DNA of 64,000 nucleotides from Nitrososphaerota archaeon (lineage in GTDB: Archaea > Thermoproteota > Nitrososphaeria > Nitrososphaerales > UBA57), in assembly GCA_024860875.1 (NCBI GenBank), contig JACPSZ010000015.1, forward strand, positions 51,325 through 115,324, in the 5' to 3' direction. Shown here one piece after another: positions 46,542 through 56,341 of the stretch. A model generated the notes under the pieces. It had not been told where the DNA came from, ran no database searches, and saw nothing but the letters and a program-made list of their open reading frames with translations. The position numbers and the translations under genes were made by a program. The stretch's first letter is position 1, and each line of letters opens with the position of its first letter.

Positions 46542-47744
46542 TTATAAAAGCGAGTATCGAATCTTGCTAATCGGTTTGACGATAAGCTCTTCCTTTTGAT
46601 CAAGCCGCTCCAATTCGCTGGAGAATTCCAGAATATGTCTTTTTCTTAAGTGCGGCATGACGCAGACTCTCAAGTGTCTGGGGAATGTTGATACTGCCCA
46701 TCCCCTTTCCCGTAATTTGTCAGAAACTTCTTGAGGAGATTCGTGTAGGGTCTTCAAGCCCAAGATATTCAACATAGGTTCTTGGACTGGTTGGATGTTC
46801 TCCATCTTCAATGCGTTTTCGTATAGAAGGTTTGTCAGACTCATGCATTTCCTTACAATCTTCCTGTAGCCCTGCTTTCCGAGCATCTGCATCGTGGCCC
46901 AGACTACGATTGCAGCCGCTCCAGGCCTCGTCCCGAGTATGCTCACTTTGGAATATTCTCCTCCTGCAAGGTAAGACGCCTTGATGTCTATTCTCTCCAG
47001 CATTTCCACCTCTCTGAACAATATCATGCCTGCAGGAACAGGTGCCATCCCCATTTTGTGCGGATCAATTGCTATGGAAGAAACTCCTGATAGCTTGAAG
47101 TCAAAATCCTCTGCGGGGTAGCCTAGATCATTCAAAAATGGAATTACAAAGCCGCCGAAAGATGCATCTATGTGAAGATGTATCTCATGAGAAGCGGCAA
47201 TTTCTGACAGTTCATTTATTGGATCAATGGCTCCAAGCTCCGTAGTTCCCGCTATCCCCGCAATCATTACCGTGTTTGCAGTTATTGCTGCTTTTACCCT
47301 GCTTGCTTGAACTCTTCCCCTCTCGTCTGTGGGAACGCTTATCAACTTAATGCCGAGCATGTCAGCAGCCTTGTTGAACGAGTGGTGTACAGAAGCAGGA
47401 ACTATGGCTTCAGGCTTCTCTATCTTTGTTTCATTCCTTGCAGACCATAGCGCCATTATGTTCGCTTCGGTACCTCCAGAAACTATGCTGCCGTGTGCAT
47501 TTGGATGGTTAAGCAGCTCTCCAGCCGAAACTATGGCTTCGCTCTCCAGCCTTGCAGTAGCAGGGAACAGACCTGGATCGCCGAGGTTCCTCTCCAGATA
47601 TTTTGAATACAACAGTCTTGCAAACCTTGTGGGCTCGGTACACATGGAGCCCATAATCCTGCCTGACGTGAATGTCATATCGTCCTTGAGAGATCGCTGA
47701 AGAACAGCGAGGATTTTTGCTGCGGCTAATCCCTCTTCCTTCAT
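46542..47744 (-). CDS. mfnA: PLP-dependent L-tyrosine/L-aspartate decarboxylase (group II, MfnA-type)
   Basis: 400-aa ORF; SGGTEANIMAL, HIDASFGGF, DPHKMGMAPVPAGMILF (PLP Lys). Confidence 0.8.
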   Translation of the reverse strand: MKEEGLAAAKILAVLQRSLKDDMTFTSGRIMGSMCTEPTRFARLLYSKYLERNLGDPGLFPATARLESEAIVSAGELLNHPNAHGSIVSGGTEANIMALWSARNETKIEKPEAIVPASVHHSFNKAADMLGIKLISVPTDERGRVQASRVKAAITANTVMIAGIAGTTELGAIDPINELSEIAASHEIHLHIDASFGGFVIPFLNDLGYPAEDFDFKLSGVSSIAIDPHKMGMAPVPAGMILFREVEMLERIDIKASYLAGGEYSKVSILGTRPGAAAIVVWATMQMLGKQGYRKIVRKCMSLTNLLYENALKMENIQPVQEPMLNILGLKTLHESPQEVSDKLRERGWAVSTFPRHLRVCVMPHLRKRHILEFSSELERLDQKEELIVKPISKIRYSLL

Positions 47745-48613
47745 ACCTCTGCCTCCGTCAGTTTACTGAACGCTGCCTTAAGCCTCTCCAACTGCTTAGA
47801 ATCCATCTTGAATGTATTTTCCTGCGCAGGGAACTTTCCTGATACTACATCATCTCTGTAGTTTGCCAGTGCTTCTGATGCAGCCTTGCCAAGATCGGCG
47901 TACTTCTTTGCGAACTTGGGGCTGAATTTTTCGTACAAGCCAAGAATGTCATGCAAGACAAGAACTTGGCCGTCGCAGTGCCTTCCTGCACCTATTCCTA
48001 TTGTCGGCACATTCAGCTTATCGGTAATGATCTCTGCTACCTCTTCAGGAACCATCTCAAGCACTATGGCAAAAGCCCCGGCAGATTCCAGTTCTTGGGC
48101 ATCCTCAATAAGCTTCTCTGCAGACCTAGCGTCCTTGCCCTGAACCCTGTATCCCTGCCACAGCGTTGCTGTTTGAGGAGTCAAGCCTACGTGACCCATG
48201 ACAGGTATTCCAGTCCTGGATATAGCCCTGACAGTGTCGCTGAACTCTTTCCCTCCTTCTATCTTGACAGCGTCCATTCTTCCTTCCTTTACAAAGCGCC
48301 CGGCATTTCTTACAGCGTCTTCTCTAGAAATCTGGAAAGACATGAAGGGCATATCACCAACCAATAGAGAGCTCTTTGCGGCCCTCGCCACTGCTTTGCT
48401 CATCATCAGCATTTCATCCATTGAAACTGGGATGGTAGTTTCATAGCCTAGGGAAACCATGCCTCCGGAATCGCCGACTAGGATTATGTCTATGCCTGCT
48501 CTGTCTGCTATAGTCGCAAACGGATAGTCGTACGCCGTGATTACTACGATCTTCCTTCCTTCGCCCTTCATCTTGGCAATGTCGGAGATTGTAAGTTTCC
48601 TTCGTTCAGACAT
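47741..48613 (-). CDS. panB: 3-methyl-2-oxobutanoate hydroxymethyltransferase
   Basis: 290-aa ORF; ITAYDYPFATIADRAGIDIILVGDS, VKIEGG, GHVGLTPQ. Confidence 0.9.
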   Translation of the reverse strand: MSERRKLTISDIAKMKGEGRKIVVITAYDYPFATIADRAGIDIILVGDSGGMVSLGYETTIPVSMDEMLMMSKAVARAAKSSLLVGDMPFMSFQISREDAVRNAGRFVKEGRMDAVKIEGGKEFSDTVRAISRTGIPVMGHVGLTPQTATLWQGYRVQGKDARSAEKLIEDAQELESAGAFAIVLEMVPEEVAEIITDKLNVPTIGIGAGRHCDGQVLVLHDILGLYEKFSPKFAKKYADLGKAASEALANYRDDVVSGKFPAQENTFKMDSKQLERLKAAFSKLTEAEV

Positions 48614-49358
48614 TCTCTAGCCTCCTTGCAACGTGAATCATAGCCTCCTGCAGGTTCTTTTCGTTGTCAAAATCGACAATGTTGCGTAGGTTTCCGCTGT
48701 GCCTCAGTTTCTTTGCTTCTTCAACAAGCAAGGGTATTGCTCTCACAACATTGTCCACTATAGTTATTGATGCAGCGATGGAAGTTCTTGACATAGGGTT
48801 GAGGTCTAGTGCGATTACCGTCTTGCCCATCTTCCTAAGAGCCTCTGTTCTATCGCCGTCCTCCAGCGGGACGAATACAACATCGGCAACCAAAATTCCC
48901 CTTGGGTCAACTTTCCTGCGTTCGCTCATCAACTCTGGTATCCGTGCGGAAGCGTTTTTGCCAACTCCGAGAACCTCTGCAGCTCCACTCTCTTTGAGAA
49001 CTTCAGCAATGGCCGATTCCCTCTCAGCAGTCCTGTAGAACAGGTTAACCTCTATCGCCGCTCCAACAGTCTTGGCTAGCTCTACAACTTTCTCTGGCAA
49101 CAGTGCAGCCACATTCCCATTCACCGAAATTACAGGTTTCTTTGCCATCAGAAGTGCGGCTGCCGCGGCTCGAATTGCCTTTTGTGCAAAGCCTTCTGTC
49201 CTCCCGCCGATTATATAATCGAAAGCCTCTCCTCTCCCATAGGCTATAAGGCCTTCTGGCACTACTAGGCCCTTCCTGAACCCCTCTACCAGTCTCTCTC
49301 TTTCAAGAAGCGACTTCGCTCTTGGATGATTGTCAGGTATGTTAGCGGATGTCAGCAA
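48606..49358 (-). CDS. Archaeal phosphopantothenate synthetase (4-phosphopantoate--beta-alanine ligase, COG1701)
   Basis: 250-aa ORF; HPRAKSLLERERLVEGFRKGLV..GLIAYGRGEAFDY typical of the archaeal PPS family; operon context. Confidence 0.75.
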   Translation of the reverse strand: MLTSANIPDNHPRAKSLLERERLVEGFRKGLVVPEGLIAYGRGEAFDYIIGGRTEGFAQKAIRAAAAALLMAKKPVISVNGNVAALLPEKVVELAKTVGAAIEVNLFYRTAERESAIAEVLKESGAAEVLGVGKNASARIPELMSERRKVDPRGILVADVVFVPLEDGDRTEALRKMGKTVIALDLNPMSRTSIAASITIVDNVVRAIPLLVEEAKKLRHSGNLRNIVDFDNEKNLQEAMIHVARRLENV

Positions 49359-50263
49359 ACACTTGCTCCTCCTTCAGATATGTGTGAAAAGACTACAGTT
49401 CCATCTGACGAAAAACGTTCGAACAATTCTCGCAATAGATGAGAAGAGTCATCGGAAACTAGCGAAAATATGGTTTCTCCGAACATCGCTACGCTACATA
49501 AGAGGCCACTCTTGGCACCTTCCTCTATTATTGCCCTAGCAGCTTCAGACACTCTGCCTATCTTGAAGGCAAACTCCTGCGATAGTTTAAGAAAGTTGCC
49601 TGAATCAGGATTGGAAAGGAAGTTTTTGATGATGGCGCCTCCAGCTTCTTTGACTGCTAGACGCATTGCTTGATCAGCAAGGAAACTCTCTGTGGATAGC
49701 CCTCCGAAGCTTATGGCTCCGACTGTATTCTTATCTCCAATGTCAAAATGTGACACAGAGCCTATTCCCGGGGCACCAGCTTTCGTTCTGATCACGGCTC
49801 CTCCTCCGAATTCTGCCAGCACCGTACCAAGGCCTGTTTTGCACTCTATTTCTGAAAGGTGCGCAACCCGAGCAGCCTCCTCGCCGGTTAAACCCAGCCC
49901 AAGAGCCCTGTTCAGAGCCAATGCTGCACTCAGAGCACCTGCCCCGCTGGAACCGAACCCTGCACCTATCGGAACTTCGACCTTCTGCTCAATTTCAACA
50001 TTGTAGTCTCTTTCTGCAATGTCAAGCATTTTTTTGGCGACGAGCCTTGTTACGGGCGCATGCTCCCTCTTGCCATTAATTTTAATCAGTATTTGAGATA
50101 GAGACGACCGTTCTGCCGTGACTGTAGTTGTAGCACCAGCCTCTAAGCATACTCCCGCTCCCCTCGAACCAGTAGCAAGCGGATTAACATTATCTACAAT
50201 CTCAAAAAATCCCGTAATATGCGATGGGGAATACGCTCTACCTTTCAAGTAGAAATGAGTCAA
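49352..50263 (-). CDS. Pantoate kinase (GHMP-kinase family, COG1829)
   Basis: 303-aa ORF (TTG); SPSHITGFFEI, PIGAGFGSSGAGALSAALAL GHMP motif; operon context. Confidence 0.75.
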   Translation of the reverse strand: MTHFYLKGRAYSPSHITGFFEIVDNVNPLATGSRGAGVCLEAGATTTVTAERSSLSQILIKINGKREHAPVTRLVAKKMLDIAERDYNVEIEQKVEVPIGAGFGSSGAGALSAALALNRALGLGLTGEEAARVAHLSEIECKTGLGTVLAEFGGGAVIRTKAGAPGIGSVSHFDIGDKNTVGAISFGGLSTESFLADQAMRLAVKEAGGAIIKNFLSNPDSGNFLKLSQEFAFKIGRVSEAARAIIEEGAKSGLLCSVAMFGETIFSLVSDDSSHLLRELFERFSSDGTVVFSHISEGGASVC

Positions 50264-50315
50264 GATACGACAACTTAATTAAAATCCTCTATAGATTCTC
50301 TATAGAACTTTAAAG

Positions 50316-51302
50316 ATGGAAAACAAAGACCTAAGGAAAATACAAGAGATGGGAGGAGGTACAGCACTGATATCGCTTCCGAAGAGCTGGGTAAAGAAGA
50401 ATAATCTAAAGAGAGGTAGCGTAGTTTCCATTGAAAGCAGTTCCGACAGGCTGATAATCTCCCCGCACTCAAATGAGCAAAGAGAGCCCAAAGAAATCAC
50501 GCTTGAATATCCTCCAAAACACTTGCATAACTTGCTGAATGAAATTACCGCAGCGTATCTGTTAGGTTATCACATAATCAGAATAGCGGGCAAGGACAGA
50601 GTATCATACAGCGACAGGGACACGATAAAGAATGCTATGAAGTTTTTGATGGGGCTTGAAATAGTCGAAGAGGATGCCCATACGATTACGATACAGTTCC
50701 TGCTAGAACCATCTAACATACATCCAGACAAGCTCTTCATGAGGATGCACGCTATAACTTCCGGCATGCACAAAGATTTGCTGACTGCTTGCATAGAGAA
50801 TGATGCAAAACTGCTCAAGGATATCAGAGGTAGGGATGACGATGTTGACAGATTGTACTTCCTTCTGGTAAGGATAATTCGCAGTGCTGTCCAAGATCCC
50901 ATGCTGGCTGCAAAGTTTGGCATGAGTCCCATAGACTGCCTTGACTATAGAGTTGCTGCAAATGTCCTTGAGGCGATCGGCGACGCCTCTGCGAGAGCTG
51001 CAGAGAGTTCCGAATCAGAGTTGAACTTCTCGGAGGAAGATAAGAACCTGCTGAACAAAGTAGGTTCCATGTTAACCGAGATCCAAGATTCTGCCGTTAA
51101 AGCCCTTTTGACCAAGAAGGCTAGTGAAGCAAGGAGAGTGGTAGAACTGCACGCTGAGCTTAAAGAAAACATAGCAAAGCACGTAGATGTAGAAAAGAAA
51201 GCTAATTTTCTGGCCGAATTGCTTTCCACAATGAATTCCGTTGCTAGGCTTTGTGTCGATATAGCGGATTTGGCCGTTCCTCTATACCCAACTGTAAGGT
51301 AA
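50316..51302 (+). CDS. AbrB/SpoVT-like + PhoU-domain regulator (phosphate uptake regulator-like)
   Basis: 328-aa ORF; GGGTALISLPKSWVKKNNLKRGSVVSIE swapped-hairpin N-terminus and two PhoU-like helical repeats (DDDVDRLYFLLVR). Confidence 0.7.
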   Translation: MENKDLRKIQEMGGGTALISLPKSWVKKNNLKRGSVVSIESSSDRLIISPHSNEQREPKEITLEYPPKHLHNLLNEITAAYLLGYHIIRIAGKDRVSYSDRDTIKNAMKFLMGLEIVEEDAHTITIQFLLEPSNIHPDKLFMRMHAITSGMHKDLLTACIENDAKLLKDIRGRDDDVDRLYFLLVRIIRSAVQDPMLAAKFGMSPIDCLDYRVAANVLEAIGDASARAAESSESELNFSEEDKNLLNKVGSMLTEIQDSAVKALLTKKASEARRVVELHAELKENIAKHVDVEKKANFLAELLSTMNSVARLCVDIADLAVPLYPTVR

Positions 51303-51306
51303 AGGG

Positions 51307-51996
51307 CTAGCCAAAGACCCTCTCAAGTTCGTAGATTGATCTGGCAATAACGACATGAGCCTCCAGAGGCTGCTCGTGAACGGATAGAATTCGATCGAAC
51401 TCCTTGCTGACAGTATTGCTAAAGTGTCCTCTCGGGAAGCCTCCGATTACTAATGTTCCTCCATTGGTTTTTGCCATGGAACCTGCCATTTCTGCGAAAC
51501 TGCTCTTCTTGCCTATCCTTGAAAGCCCAATTACAGTTTCTGGCCTTAGACGCTTTACCAAGCCTGTAAAGTTTTCCTGCTTTAAATCGAGTAATATGTT
51601 ATCTTCACTAACTATCTTCTTTTGCTGAAAGAGCTGCTCCATCAGGCTGACAAATCTGGGATACGATTTCGGGAGCCTCGCACCTTTTCCAACAGTTATG
51701 ACCTTATCCTCTCTCGTATGAACGAAGACCTGCAGCTTGTCTTCGAGGAAGAACGGCGTATATATGGCAGTAATCAAGGAAATATGAATAATATCGGGCC
51801 TGCCCCTTCTGTATGCCTCTGGGATGTTTCTCATAGCTGCGTGATGGTATGACCTGTCGAGCAGCACCTCCTGAGGTTTCTTTGACTCTCTCCTGGCCTG
51901 ATTTACTACTGAAGGGTGCGAAACAATCTTTGACGGTACAATTTCCAGTGCAGATTCAGCTATAATCAGGCTCAGCAACATTAACGGTCGCTTCAA
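51307..51996 (-). CDS. nep1: Ribosomal RNA small subunit methyltransferase Nep1/Emg1
   Basis: 229-aa ORF (TTG); LIIAESALEIVP, LLDRSYHH, GRPDIIHISL SPOUT-type motifs. Confidence 0.8.
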   Translation of the reverse strand: MKRPLMLLSLIIAESALEIVPSKIVSHPSVVNQARRESKKPQEVLLDRSYHHAAMRNIPEAYRRGRPDIIHISLITAIYTPFFLEDKLQVFVHTREDKVITVGKGARLPKSYPRFVSLMEQLFQQKKIVSEDNILLDLKQENFTGLVKRLRPETVIGLSRIGKKSSFAEMAGSMAKTNGGTLVIGGFPRGHFSNTVSKEFDRILSVHEQPLEAHVVIARSIYELERVFG

Positions 51997-52107
51997 CCGA
52001 GTTTATATGGCAACCCCTGTCACCAATTTTTATGCAGGGGAGCAAGTCGCGTGGTTTCTGATTCACTATATTTCGATTGTATGTGTTTTATAGCAACAGG
52101 TGCTTAC

Positions 52108-52407
52108 CTATGTGCTTATGCCGACGCTCAGCTCTTCCCTGAGCCCTTTGTATCCCTTTAAGACCTTGAAGCCCTTTTCGGTTAGCCTATAGGACCTGCG
52201 CACGCTATCAAATTCCTCAAGCAGCAATCCGTTCGCGAGGAGAAAGTCCAGAGACTCCTGAAACATTAGCCACGAAAGATTTGATCTATACATAATCTTT
52301 GTCGGCCCTACACTTCCTCCAGAGACAGCATCTAGTATGTCAAGCAAGACTTCCATCTTAGACCTCCTACCATGAACCTTTCTTCCAATTTCTGCTAAAG
52401 CTGTCAT
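52108..52407 (-). CDS. Winged-helix DNA-binding protein (COG3432-like)
   Basis: 99-aa ORF; RSKMEVLLDILDAV..GPTKIMYRSNLSWLMFQESLDFLLANGLL..YRLTEKG. Confidence 0.6.
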   Translation of the reverse strand: MTALAEIGRKVHGRRSKMEVLLDILDAVSGGSVGPTKIMYRSNLSWLMFQESLDFLLANGLLLEEFDSVRRSYRLTEKGFKVLKGYKGLREELSVGIST

Positions 52408-52420
52408 GATACTCCCCTAT

Positions 52421-52714
52421 TCAGATCGGATAGGCTGTGTATCCACGTGTGATCACGCGTCGTCCTAGCGTTTCTGACAATACCCTATCAACGACTGCTA
52501 GCACACTTGTGCCGAGCATCGCGCGAATAGCCGCCCTAAAGACAACCCGCTTCTCAAGAATATCACTGGTTTCAGGATTGATGTGGTATCTATAGGCTAT
52601 CATGTGCTTTACTGTGTCCCAGCCTGCCTTCCCTATTGCATCTTCCACTGTTGTATTTACGTAAGAGACTATTTGCTCCATCTCATACGGGCTAATCTTC
52701 TGCTCTGTTTCCAT
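52421..52714 (-). CDS. Hypothetical protein
   Basis: 97-aa ORF 13 nt upstream of the wH gene, same strand; no family recognised. Confidence 0.4.
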   Translation of the reverse strand: METEQKISPYEMEQIVSYVNTTVEDAIGKAGWDTVKHMIAYRYHINPETSDILEKRVVFRAAIRAMLGTSVLAVVDRVLSETLGRRVITRGYTAYPI

Positions 52715-53148
52715 ATTTCCCAGCCGTGTAGTAGGTTAAGCATAATAAATCTGGTAGTGTGTACTAAATGAACGAACAGAAATCTGTTCAAACTGTCCGG
52801 ACATCTGATACCAGGTACTAACCTGATTAGCAATTTAAGATGAATAGAAGGCTTGGCTCTGATGACTCTCCGGGTTATCCAATTATTCGCTTTTTATACC
52901 CCCCAGGGCCTAGATAACGATAGGGGCCCCTATAGAGATGTTTGATAGATGGTGGATCCTTGGGTTATCAAAAGTTGACCTACCGCCGCGTACTTTTCTT
53001 GTGTTATCTCTATGCATCGACAGATACATTGAACCAATTCCATACGCTCTTCCTAGAAGCGTAATGGTTCCACTGTACTAGATCCTTGTACAAGGGGAAA
53101 ATATTAATTTGTATAGTACGAGAAACAGAGCTTAAGGAGATGATCTAA

Positions 53149-53541
53149 GTGATTCTTCTGTACGATAAACGATGTTATATTTGTGCCCTGTTTGTTTTGA
53201 TACTAAGTAACTTCGCAAGAGGTAAGATTAGGGTTCTTCCAATGGGTTCAGAACTAGCGGAACCATTTGAAGAATTGATACGGAGATCAGGGTATAACCC
53301 CCAAAGAGCCGCTTGGCTACTGGACAAGAATGGGGCAGATTCCGGCATTTACCTAATCATTTCTACTCTATTGGCAGTCATTAGGGGAACCGCAACGGGC
53401 CCCCAAAATGCCTATGGGATAAAGGATTTGTACGAACAAGGATCCTGCACCGTTAGTCTGCCTTGTAAGGGGCTTTCAGGTTTTGCTTTTAGGACCGCTT
53501 ATTTTATCTCGACGAGCAGGAGATTAACTTGGGAAAGTTAG
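53149..53541 (+). CDS. Possible DCC-family (DUF393) thiol-disulfide oxidoreductase
   Basis: 130-aa ORF (GTG); N-terminal ILLYDKRCYIC resembles the YDGxCxxC motif of the DCC family; isolated in gene-poor DNA. Confidence 0.35.
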   Translation: MILLYDKRCYICALFVLILSNFARGKIRVLPMGSELAEPFEELIRRSGYNPQRAAWLLDKNGADSGIYLIISTLLAVIRGTATGPQNAYGIKDLYEQGSCTVSLPCKGLSGFAFRTAYFISTSRRLTWES

Positions 53542-54150
53542 CAGTCTCGGAAATAATTAACAGAGGCATTGTGTTATGATTCCAAACCGGTCCTCCAGTG
53601 ATATGAAAACTCCGGGTGCAGGCCTGTAATCGACCTCCATGGATGGAGAGGAATTTGGCGTGTCAGATCTGAATCTTCTGACGATGCAGTGGCACCCGGG
53701 TAAAAAAATACTGAGCTACGGTAGCACTAGCGACATGCCATTTTTGCCCTAGACGGCACCTACAGCTAAGTTCAAAATACCTAGGATCTGAACCTAGTAA
53801 TTCAAATCCAGTTCCAGAACCATTCTTATTACGGAACCCACCGGTCCCATAGAATTCTTTCTTTTCTGCCCTAAATAGGCATAAACTAGACTTGGACGGA
53901 TTCTAAGTATGTTTTTGCCAGTTCTGCTAATGAATCGATATTGATGGGCCTCTAGCTCGCATCGGAAAGATCAAGCGGAAACAAAATGCATTGCATACTA
54001 ACCTGAGCTACCATTGCCAAGAGTACGGCTGTCACTGGCATAGCAATGAAAGTAATACAACCAAAGTGCTGCCTATTTCTTACCACTTAAGCTTCCTTTA
54101 GGGTCAAATATACAGAGACGTCTCGTAAACTATCGATTTCAGTTCTCAGA

Positions 54151-55020
54151 TCATACTGTATTTCTGTTTCCAGTTGTTTTAATTGGTTGTGTCAGATTTC
54201 CATCCGCTGCAATGCTAACTATTCCAACTATGTATGGCCCTGCTCTCCGCATCTTTACATCCTGAACACTTACAGCCCTTTTTGACTGCTTGAGAGATGC
54301 ATACGCCACAGTGTAGATATAACCCGCGATCATCATGCCTCCGATGGAGTCCATGCAAGTAAATCCCAGAGAAGATGCAAGTACTGCCCTAAACACGACA
54401 AATGAAGCACTTCCATCCTTTGTTGAGTTATGAGCGTCCGTTTTGAGGGAGAGGAGGTTGTATTTTTTGCCATCTTCCTCACATCTGAAAGGCCCGATAA
54501 AGGGAAACCGTGCCTCCTACAAGAAGTGTAGCCAAAACTATCGCAGGACAGGAAACTTACTTTGGCTCAAGAAGCCTCATATAAGAATAGTAGAGTGGCA
54601 CCGAAGCAACAACTACCATTCCATATGCAGCTACTAATGCTGCGAAACTCTCAAGTTTGAAATAACCGAAAGGGAATCTTTTATCTGCGGTCCTCCTAGA
54701 AGACCTAAGGCCGAGCCATACGATCAAAGAAATCGCGGTCTGTTCTAGAAAAATATTCAAGGTCGTTGGTTTGAGATAAGGAGACTGGCTCAATACCAGA
54801 GCCAACTTTGACCGTAAGCTACGTACATTGCGTAAACGATCGTAGAGACTATGATTGTAATCTTTAGTGCTAGATTGGCCCTACTGAGATTAGGTGTTTG
54901 ACCGACTGGGGTCTTGCCGAGCGATTCAAGTGCAAAGTGCGAAGTTGCGAAAAGACCGACCATTAATACGAATCCCCATGGAAGCCAGTCAGTCATACCA
55001 TGCCTCGCATGTATAGGCAT
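54151..55020 (-). pseudogene. Cation diffusion facilitator (CDF) transporter, disrupted by at least two frameshifts and one in-frame stop
   Basis: Four collinear minus-strand fragments: 55020-54790 (RANLALKITIIVSTIVYAMYVAYGQS), 54805-54557 (..RRTADKRFPFGYFKLE..), about 54556-54480 in frame after a TAA (VSCPAIVLATLLVGGTVSLYRAF), and 54478-54151 (GKKYNLLSLKTDAHNSTKDGSASFVVFRAVLASSLGFTCMDSIGG..). Together they read like TM1-TM6 plus the cytoplasmic domain of a CDF. Confidence 0.6.
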
Positions 55021-55064
55021 TATTTATTCTTGTTATCTGACAGGTATCTGACAGGTGCAACACT

Positions 55065-55376
55065 TTAAACAAAGTAAATTAGGCCAAAGGTCCCGAGAGC
55101 AACAACAAGGCCTACTAGCCAGCTCCGAGATCGGTTAGCTTGGTTTTTCCCGACCCTCTGCACGATCAGGATCGCTACGCCTCCTGCTAGTAATGGGCCG
55201 AGTACACGTAAGCCTATGGAACGGAGATTATCACTGATATCACCCATTTTCTCCTGCCTATATCTTGCCTCCTGTTCTGCAGTGGCCTCTGCCATAGGAA
55301 GACCAAAATGGAACAAAATCAATACCATGGATAAGGTTGTCAGTGCAAGTGCGGCCCGATTGGCAAAAAGAGTCAA
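55065..55376 (-). CDS. Hypothetical 3-TM membrane protein
   Basis: 103-aa hydrophobic ORF downstream of the 278-aa membrane gene, same strand. Confidence 0.45.
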   Translation of the reverse strand: MTLFANRAALALTTLSMVLILFHFGLPMAEATAEQEARYRQEKMGDISDNLRSIGLRVLGPLLAGGVAILIVQRVGKNQANRSRSWLVGLVVALGTFGLIYFV

Positions 55377-55504
55377 GTCTCTACATTTAGTCCGCTTGGA
55401 ACTAATTAAGTATTTTGGAACCGTTTCTGGCAGCTCTTCGGGAGGTTTCTTTCAACCATTCATTATAGGTTCTTTTGCGCATTTGTGCAATAAAAGAGTT
55501 CGAA

Positions 55505-56341
55505 CTATTCGCTAATTAATACCACAGAAATAACTACCAGAGCAACAAACAAAGTTGGCAGTATCGTCGCAAGGAATGGAAAGTGTTCAGCAACCATTCT
55601 CGCCAATAAAAGCACTGGAAACATGGTGATGACGCTCGAAACTGTCAGTAGAGCTACAGCGGGTCTGAGAGAAGTTACGAGCCTGGGCTCACTAGTTGGA
55701 CTGTCCCTGACCTCCGTCTGCCTTAGCTGAGCAGCGAGGGAAGAGAATGTTATGGCAGGAATTGCTAGCATCATTGCAAACCTAACATAACCGGCTAGAG
55801 GAAGAGGAATTGGGTCCCCAATAAGACTAAACACCGACGCGACTCCACTCAAATTGTCGAAAGCTCGTAGAAGCGAAAAGCCTTGACCAGCCTGCTGACC
55901 TGCCAAAGAACCTGTGTATGCGATCAGGGCAAGAATGTAGCCAAGAAAGAAGAACGTAATTCTGTGAAGGGCACTTACCCTCCCTCCTACAATAATCTGG
56001 TAAATACATGCGATCACTCCAAAGAAAATGTACGCGAACAACAAAGGAATAAAATCTGAAACATTTCTCATGGTGATAAGAGACACCCCGGCGGGTAGTA
56101 TCGGCAAGTTCACCAAAGTAGTCTTAACTAGAAGCTGTTTGTCCTTCCCCTTGATTCTGTCAAACCAACCCCTTCCGAACGAAACAATATAAAAAATTAT
56201 CATACTAATAGTGAATACAAAAGAAAGAGAGCTAGCGAAACCAAGGAAAGTTATCAGCACAGTTTCATTCAAAAGCATTATTAGAATTGGGGCTGCAGCG
56301 ACCCCTGAAACATATGTTCGAAGTTCCCTCATTTGTTTCAT
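55505..56341 (-). CDS. Hypothetical polytopic (about 7-8 TM) membrane protein
   Basis: 278-aa ORF; its ATG overlaps the upstream stop (TAATG at 56339-56343). Confidence 0.55.
   Translation of the reverse strand: MKQMRELRTYVSGVAAAPILIMLLNETVLITFLGFASSLSFVFTISMIIFYIVSFGRGWFDRIKGKDKQLLVKTTLVNLPILPAGVSLITMRNVSDFIPLLFAYIFFGVIACIYQIIVGGRVSALHRITFFFLGYILALIAYTGSLAGQQAGQGFSLLRAFDNLSGVASVFSLIGDPIPLPLAGYVRFAMMLAIPAITFSSLAAQLRQTEVRDSPTSEPRLVTSLRPAVALLTVSSVITMFPVLLLARMVAEHFPFLATILPTLFVALVVISVVLISE

Noticed and set aside
53611-53700. Three-helix element as a tRNA, tRNA pseudogene or C/D-box sRNA
   Set aside because: It has no D-loop GG and no T-loop TTCRANY consensus. The loops are the wrong sizes (2 and 9 nt), and no RUGAUGA/CUGA box pair sits at the proper spacing. 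I also saw no SRP-RNA or RNase-P signature strings such as GAGGAAAGTCC in this or other gaps.
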